NCBI GenBank assembly: GCA_964402695.1
Contig: CAYODK010000006.1
Location: 2,125 to 66,124, forward strand
Source: an uncultured Verrucomicrobiota bacterium
GTDB lineage: Bacteria > Verrucomicrobiota > Kiritimatiellia > PWTM01
Length of the DNA stretch: 64,000 nucleotides
Direction: 5' to 3'
Under the pieces are notes generated by a model. That model ran no database searches. It had not been told where the DNA came from and was given only the letters and a program-made list of their open reading frames with translations. Made by a program: the position numbers and the translations under genes. Positions 8,564 to 18,643 of this stretch are shown piece by piece (the first letter of the stretch is position 1; the number at the start of each line of letters is the position of its first letter).

Positions 8564-9756
8564 TGCGTCTCAACATCGCTGTCGTCGTGGCGCAGGCGGG
8601 TCGGCCCGGTGCGGTCGCGGTCGTCGCGCTCAAGCAGGCCGCGCAACTCGCGAAGCGCCATGCGGTGACCCTGTTCTCGGACAGCCTGCCGAGCGAACCG
8701 CTGAAGGACGTGGCCTGCGAGCGACTGCGCGCGCGATCGTTCTCGATCCTCCGACGGTTCGCCCACGTCCCGAACGAGCTGAGCCTCTGCCTTGCCGCCC
8801 GTCGGGGGCTCGCCAGGCTGAACGACGAGCGGCCGATCGACCTCGTACTCTGCCACGGACACCCGGTGGCCGCTCTTGCCGCCTCATGGTTGAAGCGGGG
8901 AACGAACGCGAAGGTTGGCCTGGTGATGCACGGGGACGTCCGCTACCGACCCCGGGGAACGTACGATTGGCGCCTCACGGCGCTCTACCGCGCAACAACG
9001 CGTCCAGCCTACCGGGCGGCTGACTTGGTCGTCGCCCTCTCGCCGGCCATGGTGGGGCGCGCCGTAAATGGCGGAGCCAACCCGAACGTCGTACGCCTGA
9101 TTCCGAACGGTATCGACCCGGCTGACTTCGGGCTGGAAGACGATGCGCCGATCTCTCTCCCGGCGCCATTCGACGCGCCGGGGAGGCCGCTTCGCGTCCT
9201 CTTCGTGGGTCGCCTCGCCGTCGAGAAGGGAGTCGACACGCTCCTGTCGGCGGTTTCGCTCCTCACGGAGGAGCGGAGAGGGATCCGTGTCACGGTCGCG
9301 GGAGATGGACCCCTGAGGGCGAACCTCGAGCGAATGGCTGCGCGCGAAAGCCTGATCAGCTGCATCGAGTTCGCGGGGTCGATCCCGAGGAACCGCCTCG
9401 CGACGCTCTACCGGACCGCGGACGTCGTTTGCGTCCCTTCTCTGGACGAGTCTCTTCCCACCGTCGTCCTGGAAGCCCTCTCGTGTGGAACGCCCGTCGT
9501 CGGAAGTGACGTGGGCGGAATCCCATTCCTCGTCCGGAACGGGAAGGACGGCCTGATCGTAAGGCCAGGGGACGCTCCCGATCTGGCGGCCGCCCTGCGG
9601 AGAATCGCGGGAGATCCCGAGCTACTCCGGAACCTGCGTGAGGCGACGAGAGCCGCGGCGCCCGCCTTCCGGGAACGGCACTCCTGGGAGAACGCGGGTA
9701 AGCGGCTGAGCGAGGCGATCGCGGCAGCCGTTGGAGCGGAAGGATCGGGAAGATGA
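8563..9756 (+). CDS. GT-B glycosyltransferase (Glycos_transf_1, CAZy GT4)
   Basis: C-terminal motif EGLPTVVLEALSCGTPVVGSDVGG. The start overlaps the MBOAT stop (TGATG). Confidence 0.8.
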   Translation: MRLNIAVVVAQAGRPGAVAVVALKQAAQLAKRHAVTLFSDSLPSEPLKDVACERLRARSFSILRRFAHVPNELSLCLAARRGLARLNDERPIDLVLCHGHPVAALAASWLKRGTNAKVGLVMHGDVRYRPRGTYDWRLTALYRATTRPAYRAADLVVALSPAMVGRAVNGGANPNVVRLIPNGIDPADFGLEDDAPISLPAPFDAPGRPLRVLFVGRLAVEKGVDTLLSAVSLLTEERRGIRVTVAGDGPLRANLERMAARESLISCIEFAGSIPRNRLATLYRTADVVCVPSLDESLPTVVLEALSCGTPVVGSDVGGIPFLVRNGKDGLIVRPGDAPDLAAALRRIAGDPELLRNLREATRAAAPAFRERHSWENAGKRLSEAIAAAVGAEGSGR

Positions 9757-10742
9757 CGCCGGTTCTGTCGAGCCTCGGGATTTGCGTCGTCTCCCTCGAA
9801 AGGAGCCGACTGACCAGGCGCTGTATCGACTCGCTCAAGGAGACGACGACGGGTCCGTACCGAATCTACGTCGTCGACAACGGGAGCACCGGACAGGAAG
9901 CGAAGGCCCTGCTCGAAATTCTCGACGAGGACCGATCGTTGCGAGTCATCCGTCTCGATTCGAACCGGGGCCCCGCACATGCCCGGAACAGGGTCGTCGA
10001 GGAGACCCTCGGCGATCATCACGCCTACGCAATGCTTGATAACGACATGGCCGGTCTGCCGGGATGGTCGGAAGCGGCGCGCGCGGCGATCGCCGGCGGG
10101 GCCGACGTCGTCCAGCCGAAGCTTCTGAAAGCGGACCTGAAGACGGTCGAACGTGGCCCGAACGTGGCCCGGGATCTCGCCTGGGTCGCGAACCCCCGCT
10201 TCATCGGCGTGGGAGCAGCGCGGGACGATCCGGAAGTGAGCCGGCGGATGGAGGTCGCGATCGCGGGCGCTGGGATTTACAGCCGGAGGTTGTTCGAGAC
10301 GGTCGGCGTCTACGACGAGCGGCTCTTCGTGGCCGAGGACTTCGATCTCTCGTTCCGGGCGAAGGCTGCGGGACTGAGGATCGAGTACGAGCCGCGGTGC
10401 GAGCTAGTGCACGACCATCCCTTCGACCCGGAGTACGACGAGCTTCGGATCGACGTGGAGCGGATCCTCTGGGCGAACGATCTGATGCTCGAGAAACACG
10501 GAAAGGTCCTGCTGTCGCCGGAGTACCTCATGTGGTATTCGTGGCTCCTCGACCGCGGCGAACCGGTCTTCCCGAGGAAGGACCGGAGCCCTCTGGGCCT
10601 CTTTCGACGTGCGAGACGGCGAGCGACGAGGGAGTGGTTTCGTGTGGCATATGGCAAGCACTGGGCGGCGCTCAGCGAAGCACTTGAGATGACCGCCCGA
10701 CGTCGAATCCTCAGCCAAACCATCTCATCGCGATCTACATAA
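9753..10742 (+). CDS. GT-A glycosyltransferase family 2
   Basis: YRIYVVDNGS near the N-terminus and a DxD-like motif. ATGA overlap with the upstream gene. Confidence 0.7.
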   Translation: MTPVLSSLGICVVSLERSRLTRRCIDSLKETTTGPYRIYVVDNGSTGQEAKALLEILDEDRSLRVIRLDSNRGPAHARNRVVEETLGDHHAYAMLDNDMAGLPGWSEAARAAIAGGADVVQPKLLKADLKTVERGPNVARDLAWVANPRFIGVGAARDDPEVSRRMEVAIAGAGIYSRRLFETVGVYDERLFVAEDFDLSFRAKAAGLRIEYEPRCELVHDHPFDPEYDELRIDVERILWANDLMLEKHGKVLLSPEYLMWYSWLLDRGEPVFPRKDRSPLGLFRRARRRATREWFRVAYGKHWAALSEALEMTARRRILSQTISSRST

Positions 10743-10777
10743 CGAGGTGCCGTCTGCGCGCCGAAGGGTCGAATGAT

Positions 10778-11542
10778 ATGAACGTCAGGACGCTCCGTGT
10801 TGCTCTCGGCCGAGCGTTCGGCCACCTCGAGGGTAAGTTCACGGGAACGACCGATCCGGTAAGGGCATTCCACTCGAATCACTACCTTCGTCACAACGCT
10901 CGCCGCCTGGAGCATCTCGCGAGCCTGCGGATTCGAGTTGCGGAACTATCCGTCCTGGAGGTGGGTGCAGGCGCGGGCGACCACACGCACTACTACCTGG
11001 ACCGCGGCTGCCGTGTCACCGTGACAGAAGCGCGCACGGAGAACCTCGAGTACCTGAAAAAGCGTTACCCCGCATGCTGTGTTCAGCACCTCGATCTTGA
11101 CCGGCCTGCGCCGGTTGATGGCAGTCCATTTGACGTTGTTCACTGTTACGGTCTTCTCTATCATTTGCAAAGCCCGGGGGCGGCCCTCGCCTATCTCGCA
11201 TCGAACACGATGAAGTACCTGTTCCTGGAGACGTGCGTGTCGTTCGGGCAGGAGGCGGAAGTGAACAACGTGTCTGAGCGTAGGTCTGATCTCACCCAGG
11301 CCTGCTCGGGAACGGGATGTCGGCCTACCAGGAACTGGGTCTTCGGGAGACTCCAGGAACTCTTTGAGTTCGTGTACGTGCCGCTATCGCAGCCGAATCA
11401 CGAGGAGTTCCCCGTCGACTGGACGAAGCCGGAGAGGCACGTGGCGCCTCTGCAGCGGGCGATCTTCATCGGTTCGCGTGAGCCGATTGAGAACGGCTCG
11501 CTCATGAGGGGGCTTCCGGATCTCCAGCACAGACATGACTAG
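10778..11542 (+). CDS. Class I SAM-dependent methyltransferase
   Basis: Motif I VLEVGAGAGDHT. GC content is visibly lower than in neighbouring genes. Confidence 0.65.
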   Translation: MNVRTLRVALGRAFGHLEGKFTGTTDPVRAFHSNHYLRHNARRLEHLASLRIRVAELSVLEVGAGAGDHTHYYLDRGCRVTVTEARTENLEYLKKRYPACCVQHLDLDRPAPVDGSPFDVVHCYGLLYHLQSPGAALAYLASNTMKYLFLETCVSFGQEAEVNNVSERRSDLTQACSGTGCRPTRNWVFGRLQELFEFVYVPLSQPNHEEFPVDWTKPERHVAPLQRAIFIGSREPIENGSLMRGLPDLQHRHD

Positions 11543-11702
11543 CGACGCAGGGCGCCGTGCCCCGTCGTCCGCCAAAGCGCGCGGCCGTGGCGACGTAGCG
11601 CACGAGAGTCGAATCGTCGGCGAGAAGCCGAGCCGAAGAAGGAGCGGGAGTGAACCAAGTAACGGTACTCGAATCGGGTAACGGCTGCAGCGTCCTTAGA
11701 CG

Positions 11703-12620
11703 ATGAGCGGCGTTGCACGCGTCCTTCGAGCCTTTCGTTACCTTCGAGAGGGGCGCCTGCTGGCAAGGCTGGCAGAGCAGCCCCGAAGGGTCCGGGGTGC
11801 CAGCCGCACCAGATGGTGGGCATCGCGACGCTCGGACGGGCGTGGTCCGATCGTCGAATTGCAGTCTGGCTGTCGACTGCAGCTATACCTCGACTCGAAG
11901 CTCTGCGAGGCGCTCTATTGCTGGGGCTTTGAAGAGGAGGAGCAGGACTTCGTGACGAGGTTCCTTCGTCCCGGAGACGTCTTCGTCGACGTGGGCGCGA
12001 ACATCGGGCTCTTCTCGGTAATTGCTTCGAGCCGCGTCGGGTCCAATGGTCGGGTCATCAGTTTCGAGCCTGCAAGCTCCCTTCGCGAGCGCCTGTCGGA
12101 AAATCTTTGCCTGAACTCGTGCAGCAATGTCTCGGTGCTCTCCTACGCGCTATCTGACACGCAGGAGTCCCGTGCGCTTTCTGTGTGCGGCGCGGGTTTC
12201 GATGCCTGGAGCACGCTGGCCAGCGGGGGAACAGGCGATCGTCCGTCGAAGACGGAGATGGTTCGATGCCGGACCCTCTCTGACGTGGCGAAGGAAACGC
12301 CCGAAGTCCTCGAAGCGTGCTTCCTGAAGATCGACGTGGAAGGGTGGGAGACCAGGGTTCTCCGTGGAGCGGCCGAGGTCCTTCGGAACCATGTACCACG
12401 AGTCCTGCTGATCGAGTTTTCAAGAGCGCCACAGCAGCAGGCTGGGTCGTCCTACGAAGAGCTGTGGAACGAGCTCAGGAAACAGGGCTTCGAGGTCTTT
12501 CGTGTGCCGCGGCGAGGCGGGAGCCTAGAGTCTCTCGGAGCGGTGCCGGAGGCGGACTACATCAACGTAATTGCCACTCGCTTCCCGGCCTATCTACTTG
12601 AGCGGATCAGTGGGTCGTGA
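11703..12620 (+). CDS. FkbM-family methyltransferase
   Basis: VFVDVGANIG...KIDVEGWE, typical of FkbM. Confidence 0.75.
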   Translation: MSGVARVLRAFRYLREGRLLARLAEQPRRVRGASRTRWWASRRSDGRGPIVELQSGCRLQLYLDSKLCEALYCWGFEEEEQDFVTRFLRPGDVFVDVGANIGLFSVIASSRVGSNGRVISFEPASSLRERLSENLCLNSCSNVSVLSYALSDTQESRALSVCGAGFDAWSTLASGGTGDRPSKTEMVRCRTLSDVAKETPEVLEACFLKIDVEGWETRVLRGAAEVLRNHVPRVLLIEFSRAPQQQAGSSYEELWNELRKQGFEVFRVPRRGGSLESLGAVPEADYINVIATRFPAYLLERISGS

Positions 12621-13663
12621 CGATGGTGAGGCCAGACGCGACGCGAGCTCAGAAGCCGTTGCCTCCGCCGATTTGCATGACGCGTCATGGATGGCCCTGG
12701 GAGCTGCCTCCGTCGAGGGCGCGAGTCGACGATTCAAAAGGAGCGCTCCCGAGAGTCTCAATTGTAACTCCGAGTTACAACCAGGCTTCCTTCCTAGAGG
12801 AAACCATCCGTTCGGTAATCGCACAGGACTATCCGGGACTTGAGTACTTCGTGGTCGACGGCGGGAGTACGGACGGTAGCGTCGCCGTCATGGAGTACTA
12901 CAGGCCGTGGCTCACGGGTGTAGTCGTCGAAAGAGATCGCGGCCAAAGTGACGCAATCAACAAGGGCTGGCGGATGGCGACCGGCGACCTCTTCGGTTGG
13001 CTCAACTCGGATGACGTCTTCCTGCCGAACGCGATCCGCATCGCGGCTCGGGGGTGCGCCGAGGCAGAACGCCCGGTTGCTGTGATCGCTGGCAGCGGCA
13101 TGATCATCGATGAAGCGGGCAATCGCGTTGGCGAGACAGTGCCGCATCACCTCGATGGGGATCACCTGGTTCGGTTTTGGAAGGGCGGTTTCGCTTTCCT
13201 CCAGGCGGCGATGCTCTTCCGGCGCGACGAGAGGAATCGGAACGCGAACCTGGTGGATGAATCGCTGCGGTACGTGATGGATTATGACCTGCTTTGCAGG
13301 GCCCTTCGGTATGGTGAGGTTCTGTACGTGAGTGAGGCTCTGGCCGCCTATCGCATTCACGCAACGGCCAAGAGCATCGCAGAGACAGTCCCGATGTTTC
13401 AGGAGCTCAGCGCAACATCGCGACGGTATTGGAAGTCGTACGGGCTCAGTGAGGCAGACCATGCGGATCATGACCGGTACGTGGCGGAGACCCTGACCCA
13501 GGGAGTGTTATCGATGGTCCGCCGGGGTCGCGTGCGAGAAGCCACGCGCGTCGCAAGGCACTTGGCGGACTGTAGCAAGTGGGACGTCGGAAAGGCGTTG
13601 CTCGGTCGAGTCTGCCGCGGCGTCAGGGACGCGAACGGAGGACGCGGTGTTGATCCCCACTGA
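12617..13663 (+). CDS. GT-A glycosyltransferase family 2
   Basis: VSIVTPSYNQASFLEETIRSV...DGGSTDGS. GTGA overlap with the upstream gene. Confidence 0.8.
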   Translation: MTMVRPDATRAQKPLPPPICMTRHGWPWELPPSRARVDDSKGALPRVSIVTPSYNQASFLEETIRSVIAQDYPGLEYFVVDGGSTDGSVAVMEYYRPWLTGVVVERDRGQSDAINKGWRMATGDLFGWLNSDDVFLPNAIRIAARGCAEAERPVAVIAGSGMIIDEAGNRVGETVPHHLDGDHLVRFWKGGFAFLQAAMLFRRDERNRNANLVDESLRYVMDYDLLCRALRYGEVLYVSEALAAYRIHATAKSIAETVPMFQELSATSRRYWKSYGLSEADHADHDRYVAETLTQGVLSMVRRGRVREATRVARHLADCSKWDVGKALLGRVCRGVRDANGGRGVDPH

Positions 13664-13813
13664 GGGCGAGAAGCTCGAGGAACGGACGGGCTATTCAACA
13701 GACGCAGGGGGCCGCCTTTGAGTCGCTGGGGAGGACGGACAACTGCGATGAGCCGTGCGACCAAGCGGGCTGACGTGAAGCGTGAACGGCGAGTGCGGGA
13801 GGACTGACCAGTC

Positions 13814-15718
13814 GTGTGCGGCATCTTTGGGGCGGTTGGTAGGGCGGCGTGGGTCACGCACCTGCGGGTGGATCCGGCCGTGGCCTCGATGTCTCACCGC
13901 GGTCCCGACGGCGAGGGCCTCTGGCCTAGCTCAGCGCGCGGAGCGTGCGGAGATGTAGATGACCCCGCCTGCATCCTCGGGCACCGACGCCTCTCGATCA
14001 TCGACCTTTCGGAGGCGGGGCGCCAGCCGATGGTGAGTGGCGACGGCCGGTACGCGCTCGTCTACAACGGTGAGGTCTACAACTTCCGCGAGATTCGTCG
14101 GGAACTCGAGTCGTTCGGCGAGACGTTCTCTTCTGCGGGAGACAGCGAAGTAGTACTCAAGGCCTGCGTGCGGTGGGGCGAGGGGGCGATCGAGCGCTTC
14201 CGCGGGATGTTCGCCCTCGGTCTCTGGGACGAACGGGAGCGGACGCTGCTCCTGGCGCGCGACCGTCTTGGCGTGAAGCCGCTCTACGTGGTCTCCGGCC
14301 CCGAGGGCCTCGCCTTCGCTTCGGAGGTTCGAGCGCTTCTGGAGGCAGGCGCCGCGCGGCGCTTGCTCTCCCTCCGGGGTCTGCTCGGGTACATGCGGTT
14401 CGGCTCCGTGCAGGAGCCGGACACCCTCGTCGAGGGAATCCGGTCGGTAACGCCCGGGACGCTGCTCGTCTATGACGGTCTCGAGGCACGGGAGCGAACG
14501 TACTGGAGTCTGGCCTCCGGCCGCCCGACGCAGGTCCCGCGGGCAGAGGCGGTAGCGACAATTCGGAATCTGCTCCACGAGTCCGTCCGGCTCCGGCTCG
14601 TTTCCGATGTGCCGTTCGGCGTCTTCCTCTCGGGCGGCGGAGACAGCTCGGCCCTGGCCGCTCTGGCTTCGGCCGAATCGGGTCGGCCGGTCCAGACATT
14701 CACCGTGGTCTTCGACGAGAAGGCGTTCTCGGAAGAAAGGTGGGCCCGGGAGATCGCGCTGCGGTTCGGCTGCGATCACCGTTCCGTCCGGGTCACGGGC
14801 CACGAGGCAGCCGCAGACCTCACGGAGGCCTTCCGCGGGCAAGACCAGCCCTCGGGCGACGGGCTGAACACCTGGCTCGTCTCGCGCGCCGCGCGGCGCA
14901 CGGGCCTGGCGATGGCGCTCTCCGGTCTCGGCGGCGACGAGGTCTTCGCGGGGTACCCGAGCTTCCGGTGGTTCGCGCGGCTCGTGAGGGCGTCGCGGGC
15001 GGCAGCAATGGTTCCCGACAAATGTCACGCGACGGTCGAAAGGTGGGCGGCGCGACCTGGCTTTCCGAACCGCTTCCGAAAGGGCGCTGCAATCGCACGG
15101 GCGGCCGGTCGGCCTGGATTGGTGTACGCGGCGCTGCGCACGCTTTTCACAGACAGTCAGGTCGAGGCGCTCCTGCCGGAATCGGCGATCCAGGGGATCG
15201 CTCGGGATGCGGGACCCTCCCCGGAAGCAGAGTCGAGCGGCGATTTCGTCATGGACCTTTCTCGCTTCGAACTGGCCGGTTACCTGAGGAACACCCTGCT
15301 TCGAGATGCCGATTCCATGTCGATGGCGAGCTCGCTTGAGGTGAGGGTGCCGTTTCTCGACCACAGGCTCGTGGAGTACGTGCTGTCCCTTCCGGGAGGA
15401 ATGAAGCTCGACGGTGCGGGGAACAAGCCCCTCCTCTTCGAGGCTGTCCCGGAACTGCCGACGTCCGTCGGCCTGCGGCGCAAGATGGGCTTCGTCCTGC
15501 CGCTCGGCGATTGGTTCCGTGGCCCGATGAGTCAGACGATCGAAGGCCACCTGCTCGGGCGCCCCGGCCAGTCGCCGAAGGTCCTGCAACGGCAGGCTAC
15601 CGAGGACACATGGAAGTCCTTCCTCTCGGGCGACGAAGGCGTTTCCGCGTCCCGCATCGTCGCTCTGGCATCGCTCTCGGCCTGGCTCGCCGAGCATCAG
15701 CTGGAGATGCCTTGGTGA
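13814..15718 (+). CDS. Asparagine synthase (glutamine-hydrolysing) family amidotransferase (AsnB/WbpS-like)
   Basis: N-terminal MCGIFG (Ntn Cys), SGGLDSS-like PP-loop (SGGGDSS). 634 aa. Confidence 0.85.
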   Translation: MCGIFGAVGRAAWVTHLRVDPAVASMSHRGPDGEGLWPSSARGACGDVDDPACILGHRRLSIIDLSEAGRQPMVSGDGRYALVYNGEVYNFREIRRELESFGETFSSAGDSEVVLKACVRWGEGAIERFRGMFALGLWDERERTLLLARDRLGVKPLYVVSGPEGLAFASEVRALLEAGAARRLLSLRGLLGYMRFGSVQEPDTLVEGIRSVTPGTLLVYDGLEARERTYWSLASGRPTQVPRAEAVATIRNLLHESVRLRLVSDVPFGVFLSGGGDSSALAALASAESGRPVQTFTVVFDEKAFSEERWAREIALRFGCDHRSVRVTGHEAAADLTEAFRGQDQPSGDGLNTWLVSRAARRTGLAMALSGLGGDEVFAGYPSFRWFARLVRASRAAAMVPDKCHATVERWAARPGFPNRFRKGAAIARAAGRPGLVYAALRTLFTDSQVEALLPESAIQGIARDAGPSPEAESSGDFVMDLSRFELAGYLRNTLLRDADSMSMASSLEVRVPFLDHRLVEYVLSLPGGMKLDGAGNKPLLFEAVPELPTSVGLRRKMGFVLPLGDWFRGPMSQTIEGHLLGRPGQSPKVLQRQATEDTWKSFLSGDEGVSASRIVALASLSAWLAEHQLEMPW

Positions 15719-15851
15719 GACGAATTCGGAACGTCCGGCGATCGGCGACCTCGCCCGTCGGAGGAGCCGGTCTCCCCGGGGACCGCGACGTCCGGTTCCT
15801 CGACGGATCAGCACCAGGGCCAGCGGCAGGCGGCGGAGCTGAGGACCGCCC

Positions 15852-16676
15852 TTGAAGCTCGGTCTCGTCTACGCGCAGCACCCGAACTTCGGCGACATGC
15901 TGAACGAGGACCTGTTCGCGTACTTGGGATTCGAGGTCGGATGGGCGGGTTCGGCTTCCGCGGAGGCGAGCGGCATCGGGTCGATCCTGGGCTGGCAGGT
16001 CAAGGCGCGGGACTTCGAGGGGCTGGTCCTCGGCAGCGGCATGATTTCCGCCGAGGACGCCTTCGACTGCCCGCGGGCGGACTTTCGGCTCATTCGCGGG
16101 CCCCTGACGAAGAGCCGCATCGGCGCCGGCGCGCCCTGTGCGTTCGGCGATCCGGGGCTTCTGCTTTCCCGGGTCTTCCCGCCGTCGAGCAAACGAGGCG
16201 GCGTCGGCTTCGCGCCGCATTACCAGGATCAGTCGGAGCCCGCCGCCCGTGAGCTCGCCGCGGATCCCCGTGTCAAGTTCATCGACGTGACGCGTTCCCC
16301 GCGCGAAGTGGCTGCCGAGATCTCCTCCTGCGAACACCTGGTCGCCTCGTCGCTCCACGCCGTAATCGCAGCCGATAGCTACCAGGTCCCGTCGACCTGG
16401 GTCGTCGTCTCGGCTCTCAGAGGTGGAGAGTTCAAGTTCCATGACTACTTCCAGGCGCTCGGCTACGACAGAGCCCCGGTCCCCGTCACAGCGGGGCCGC
16501 GCGTCCGCGAGCTGATCCGGGCTGGCGATCTCGTCCCGGGAAGCCGGCTTCGGGTGCACGCGGACGAAGTTCTGGACGTGCTCTTGCGTGCGAAGACGAC
16601 GATCCTGGCGAACAAGGTGCGGAGGAAAGTCCGGCGCTTCTTCGGGGCCGGATCGCGGGCGGCAGCGAACCCGTGA
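15852..16676 (+). CDS. Polysaccharide pyruvyl transferase family protein (CsaB/WcaK-like)
   Basis: The N-terminus MKLGLVYAQHPNFGDMLNEDLF is like the PS_pyruv_trans Gly-rich start. 274 aa. Confidence 0.55.
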   Translation: MKLGLVYAQHPNFGDMLNEDLFAYLGFEVGWAGSASAEASGIGSILGWQVKARDFEGLVLGSGMISAEDAFDCPRADFRLIRGPLTKSRIGAGAPCAFGDPGLLLSRVFPPSSKRGGVGFAPHYQDQSEPAARELAADPRVKFIDVTRSPREVAAEISSCEHLVASSLHAVIAADSYQVPSTWVVVSALRGGEFKFHDYFQALGYDRAPVPVTAGPRVRELIRAGDLVPGSRLRVHADEVLDVLLRAKTTILANKVRRKVRRFFGAGSRAAANP

Positions 16677-17812
16677 GGACCGTCCTCCTCCTCTTACCGG
16701 GAGCCTTCTCGAGCCTCGGCGGCATCGAGATGTACAACAGGCAGCTCATCCGTGCCTTCCTCGAGGCGGGCCTGGAACGAGGAATCGACGTAAGGGCGCT
16801 CGTGCTGAACGACCGAACCGAGGACGCGGATGGACGCTACATTCCCAGCGGCGCGGCAGCACCGACCGGGTTTCGGTGCCGGAAGGCGCCCTTCATCGTG
16901 GAGAGCCTCCGAAGTGCCCGCAGCGCCCGTCCCGACCTCATCGTCTTCGGCCACATCCACTTCGCGAGGATGGCGCGCGCTGTCCGGTGGGCTTCCCCCG
17001 CATCCAGGCACTGGTACGTCGCCTACGGGATCGAGGCATGGAGCCCCCAGCCGGGGGCAATCCGTCGAGGGCTCGCGGACGCTGAGAGAGTCCTCGCGAT
17101 CAGCGACCACACCCGCAGACTGCTCTCGAGAAGCGGGGGGGTGCCGCCGGGGCGCATCGACCTCCTTCCCTGCGCCCTCGACCCGTGCTGGGAGCAGCTC
17201 TATGCGCCCGGGCCTCACGATGGACCGAGTGGAGACGACACGAAGCCGACGCTGCTGACGGTCGCTCGGCTCGACGCCTCGGAGCGCTACAAGGGTGTCG
17301 ACGCGATCATTCGGGCGCTGCCGGCAGTGGCCGCGAAGGTCGGCGACGTTCGCTACGAGGTCGTCGGCGACGGCGACGACAGGCCCCGCCTGGAGGCGCT
17401 CGCCCGCGAGGTGGGCCTGTCGGAGCGCGTCACCTTCCGCGGGCGGCTGAATCCGAACGAGCTCGCCGCCGCATACCGACGTTGCGCTCTCTACGTGATG
17501 CCGTCGAGCCACGAAGGGTTCGGAATCGTCTTCCTCGAAGCCGCGCTCTTCGGGAAGGCCTCCATCGGCGGCAGGCACGGAGGCACCCCGGAGGTGATCG
17601 AGGAAGGGGTGACAGGCTGCCTCGCGGACCGCGAAGACGTACCGGCCCTGGCCGCAACGCTCGTGCGGCTGCTGGCCGATTCCCGGCTCAGGGAGGACAT
17701 GGGAAGGGCCGCGCAAAGCCGGCTGCGCGAGAAATTCACCTATGCGACGCTCAAGTCGAGGGTCGCGGCGTATCTCGACGGGACGCCGCAGGGGTCGAAG
17801 AAGGACGGATGA
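16673..17812 (+). CDS. GT-B glycosyltransferase (GT4)
   Basis: EGFGIVFLEAALFGKASIGGRHGGTPEVI. ATGA overlap with the upstream gene. Confidence 0.8.
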   Translation: MRTVLLLLPGAFSSLGGIEMYNRQLIRAFLEAGLERGIDVRALVLNDRTEDADGRYIPSGAAAPTGFRCRKAPFIVESLRSARSARPDLIVFGHIHFARMARAVRWASPASRHWYVAYGIEAWSPQPGAIRRGLADAERVLAISDHTRRLLSRSGGVPPGRIDLLPCALDPCWEQLYAPGPHDGPSGDDTKPTLLTVARLDASERYKGVDAIIRALPAVAAKVGDVRYEVVGDGDDRPRLEALAREVGLSERVTFRGRLNPNELAAAYRRCALYVMPSSHEGFGIVFLEAALFGKASIGGRHGGTPEVIEEGVTGCLADREDVPALAATLVRLLADSRLREDMGRAAQSRLREKFTYATLKSRVAAYLDGTPQGSKKDG

Positions 17813-18639
17813 ACACAGAAGGTGAACTCCTCACGATCGAGCCGTCCTCGGGATGGCGCGCCCTGAACCTCGCCGAGGTCTGGCGCTACCGCGAGCTCCT
17901 CTACTTCCTCGTCTGGCGGGACGTGAAGGTCCGCTACAAGCAGACGATTCTGGGGGTCCTCTGGGTCGTCCTGCGCCCGCTCCTCACGGTGACCATCTTC
18001 AGCGTCGTCTTCGGGCGGCTCGCGAGGATCCCGTCGGACGAGCTCCCGTATCCGGTCTTCGTCCTCGCCGCTATGGTGCCGTGGACCTTCTTCTCCGGGG
18101 CCCTCTCCGCAGGGACGACGAGCCTGGTCGGAAGCTCTCACCTCATCACGAAGGTGTTCTTCCCCCGGGTGATCATCCCGCTCGCTTCCGTCCTCTCGAC
18201 TCTCGTGGAAGTGGGCATCAACTCCGTGCTCGTCCTCGCGCTGATGGCGTGGTACGGCGGGCTGCCTCCGGCCAGCGCGCTGGTCACCGTGCCGGCGCTC
18301 TTCCTCGTGACCCTGGTGATCTCACTCGGCACGGGGCTGTGGCTCGGGGCCCTGAACGTGACCTATCGGGACGTCGGGAACGCGGTGCCCTTCCTCGTCC
18401 AGGTGTGGATGTACGCGACGCCGGTCGTCTACCCGCTCAGCCTCGTGCCGGAGCGATGGCGCTGGGTCGCGTCGCTGAACCCGATGGCCGGCGTGACGGA
18501 GGGGTTCCGAAGCGCCCTCTTCGGGCGGCCCTGGGACTTCCAGTCCCTCAACGTCGCGATCGGCTTCGGCGTCGTCATGCTGACCTCCGGGCTCTTCTAC
18601 TTCCGCCGGGCAGAGCGGACTTTTGCGGACACGGTCTGA
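17809..18639 (+). CDS. wzm: ABC-2 type polysaccharide exporter permease (Wzm/KpsM-like)
   Basis: 276 aa with six TM helices and an ABC-2 motif region. The ATG overlaps the GT4 stop. Confidence 0.85.
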   Translation: MNTEGELLTIEPSSGWRALNLAEVWRYRELLYFLVWRDVKVRYKQTILGVLWVVLRPLLTVTIFSVVFGRLARIPSDELPYPVFVLAAMVPWTFFSGALSAGTTSLVGSSHLITKVFFPRVIIPLASVLSTLVEVGINSVLVLALMAWYGGLPPASALVTVPALFLVTLVISLGTGLWLGALNVTYRDVGNAVPFLVQVWMYATPVVYPLSLVPERWRWVASLNPMAGVTEGFRSALFGRPWDFQSLNVAIGFGVVMLTSGLFYFRRAERTFADTV

Positions 18640-18643
18640 GGCG

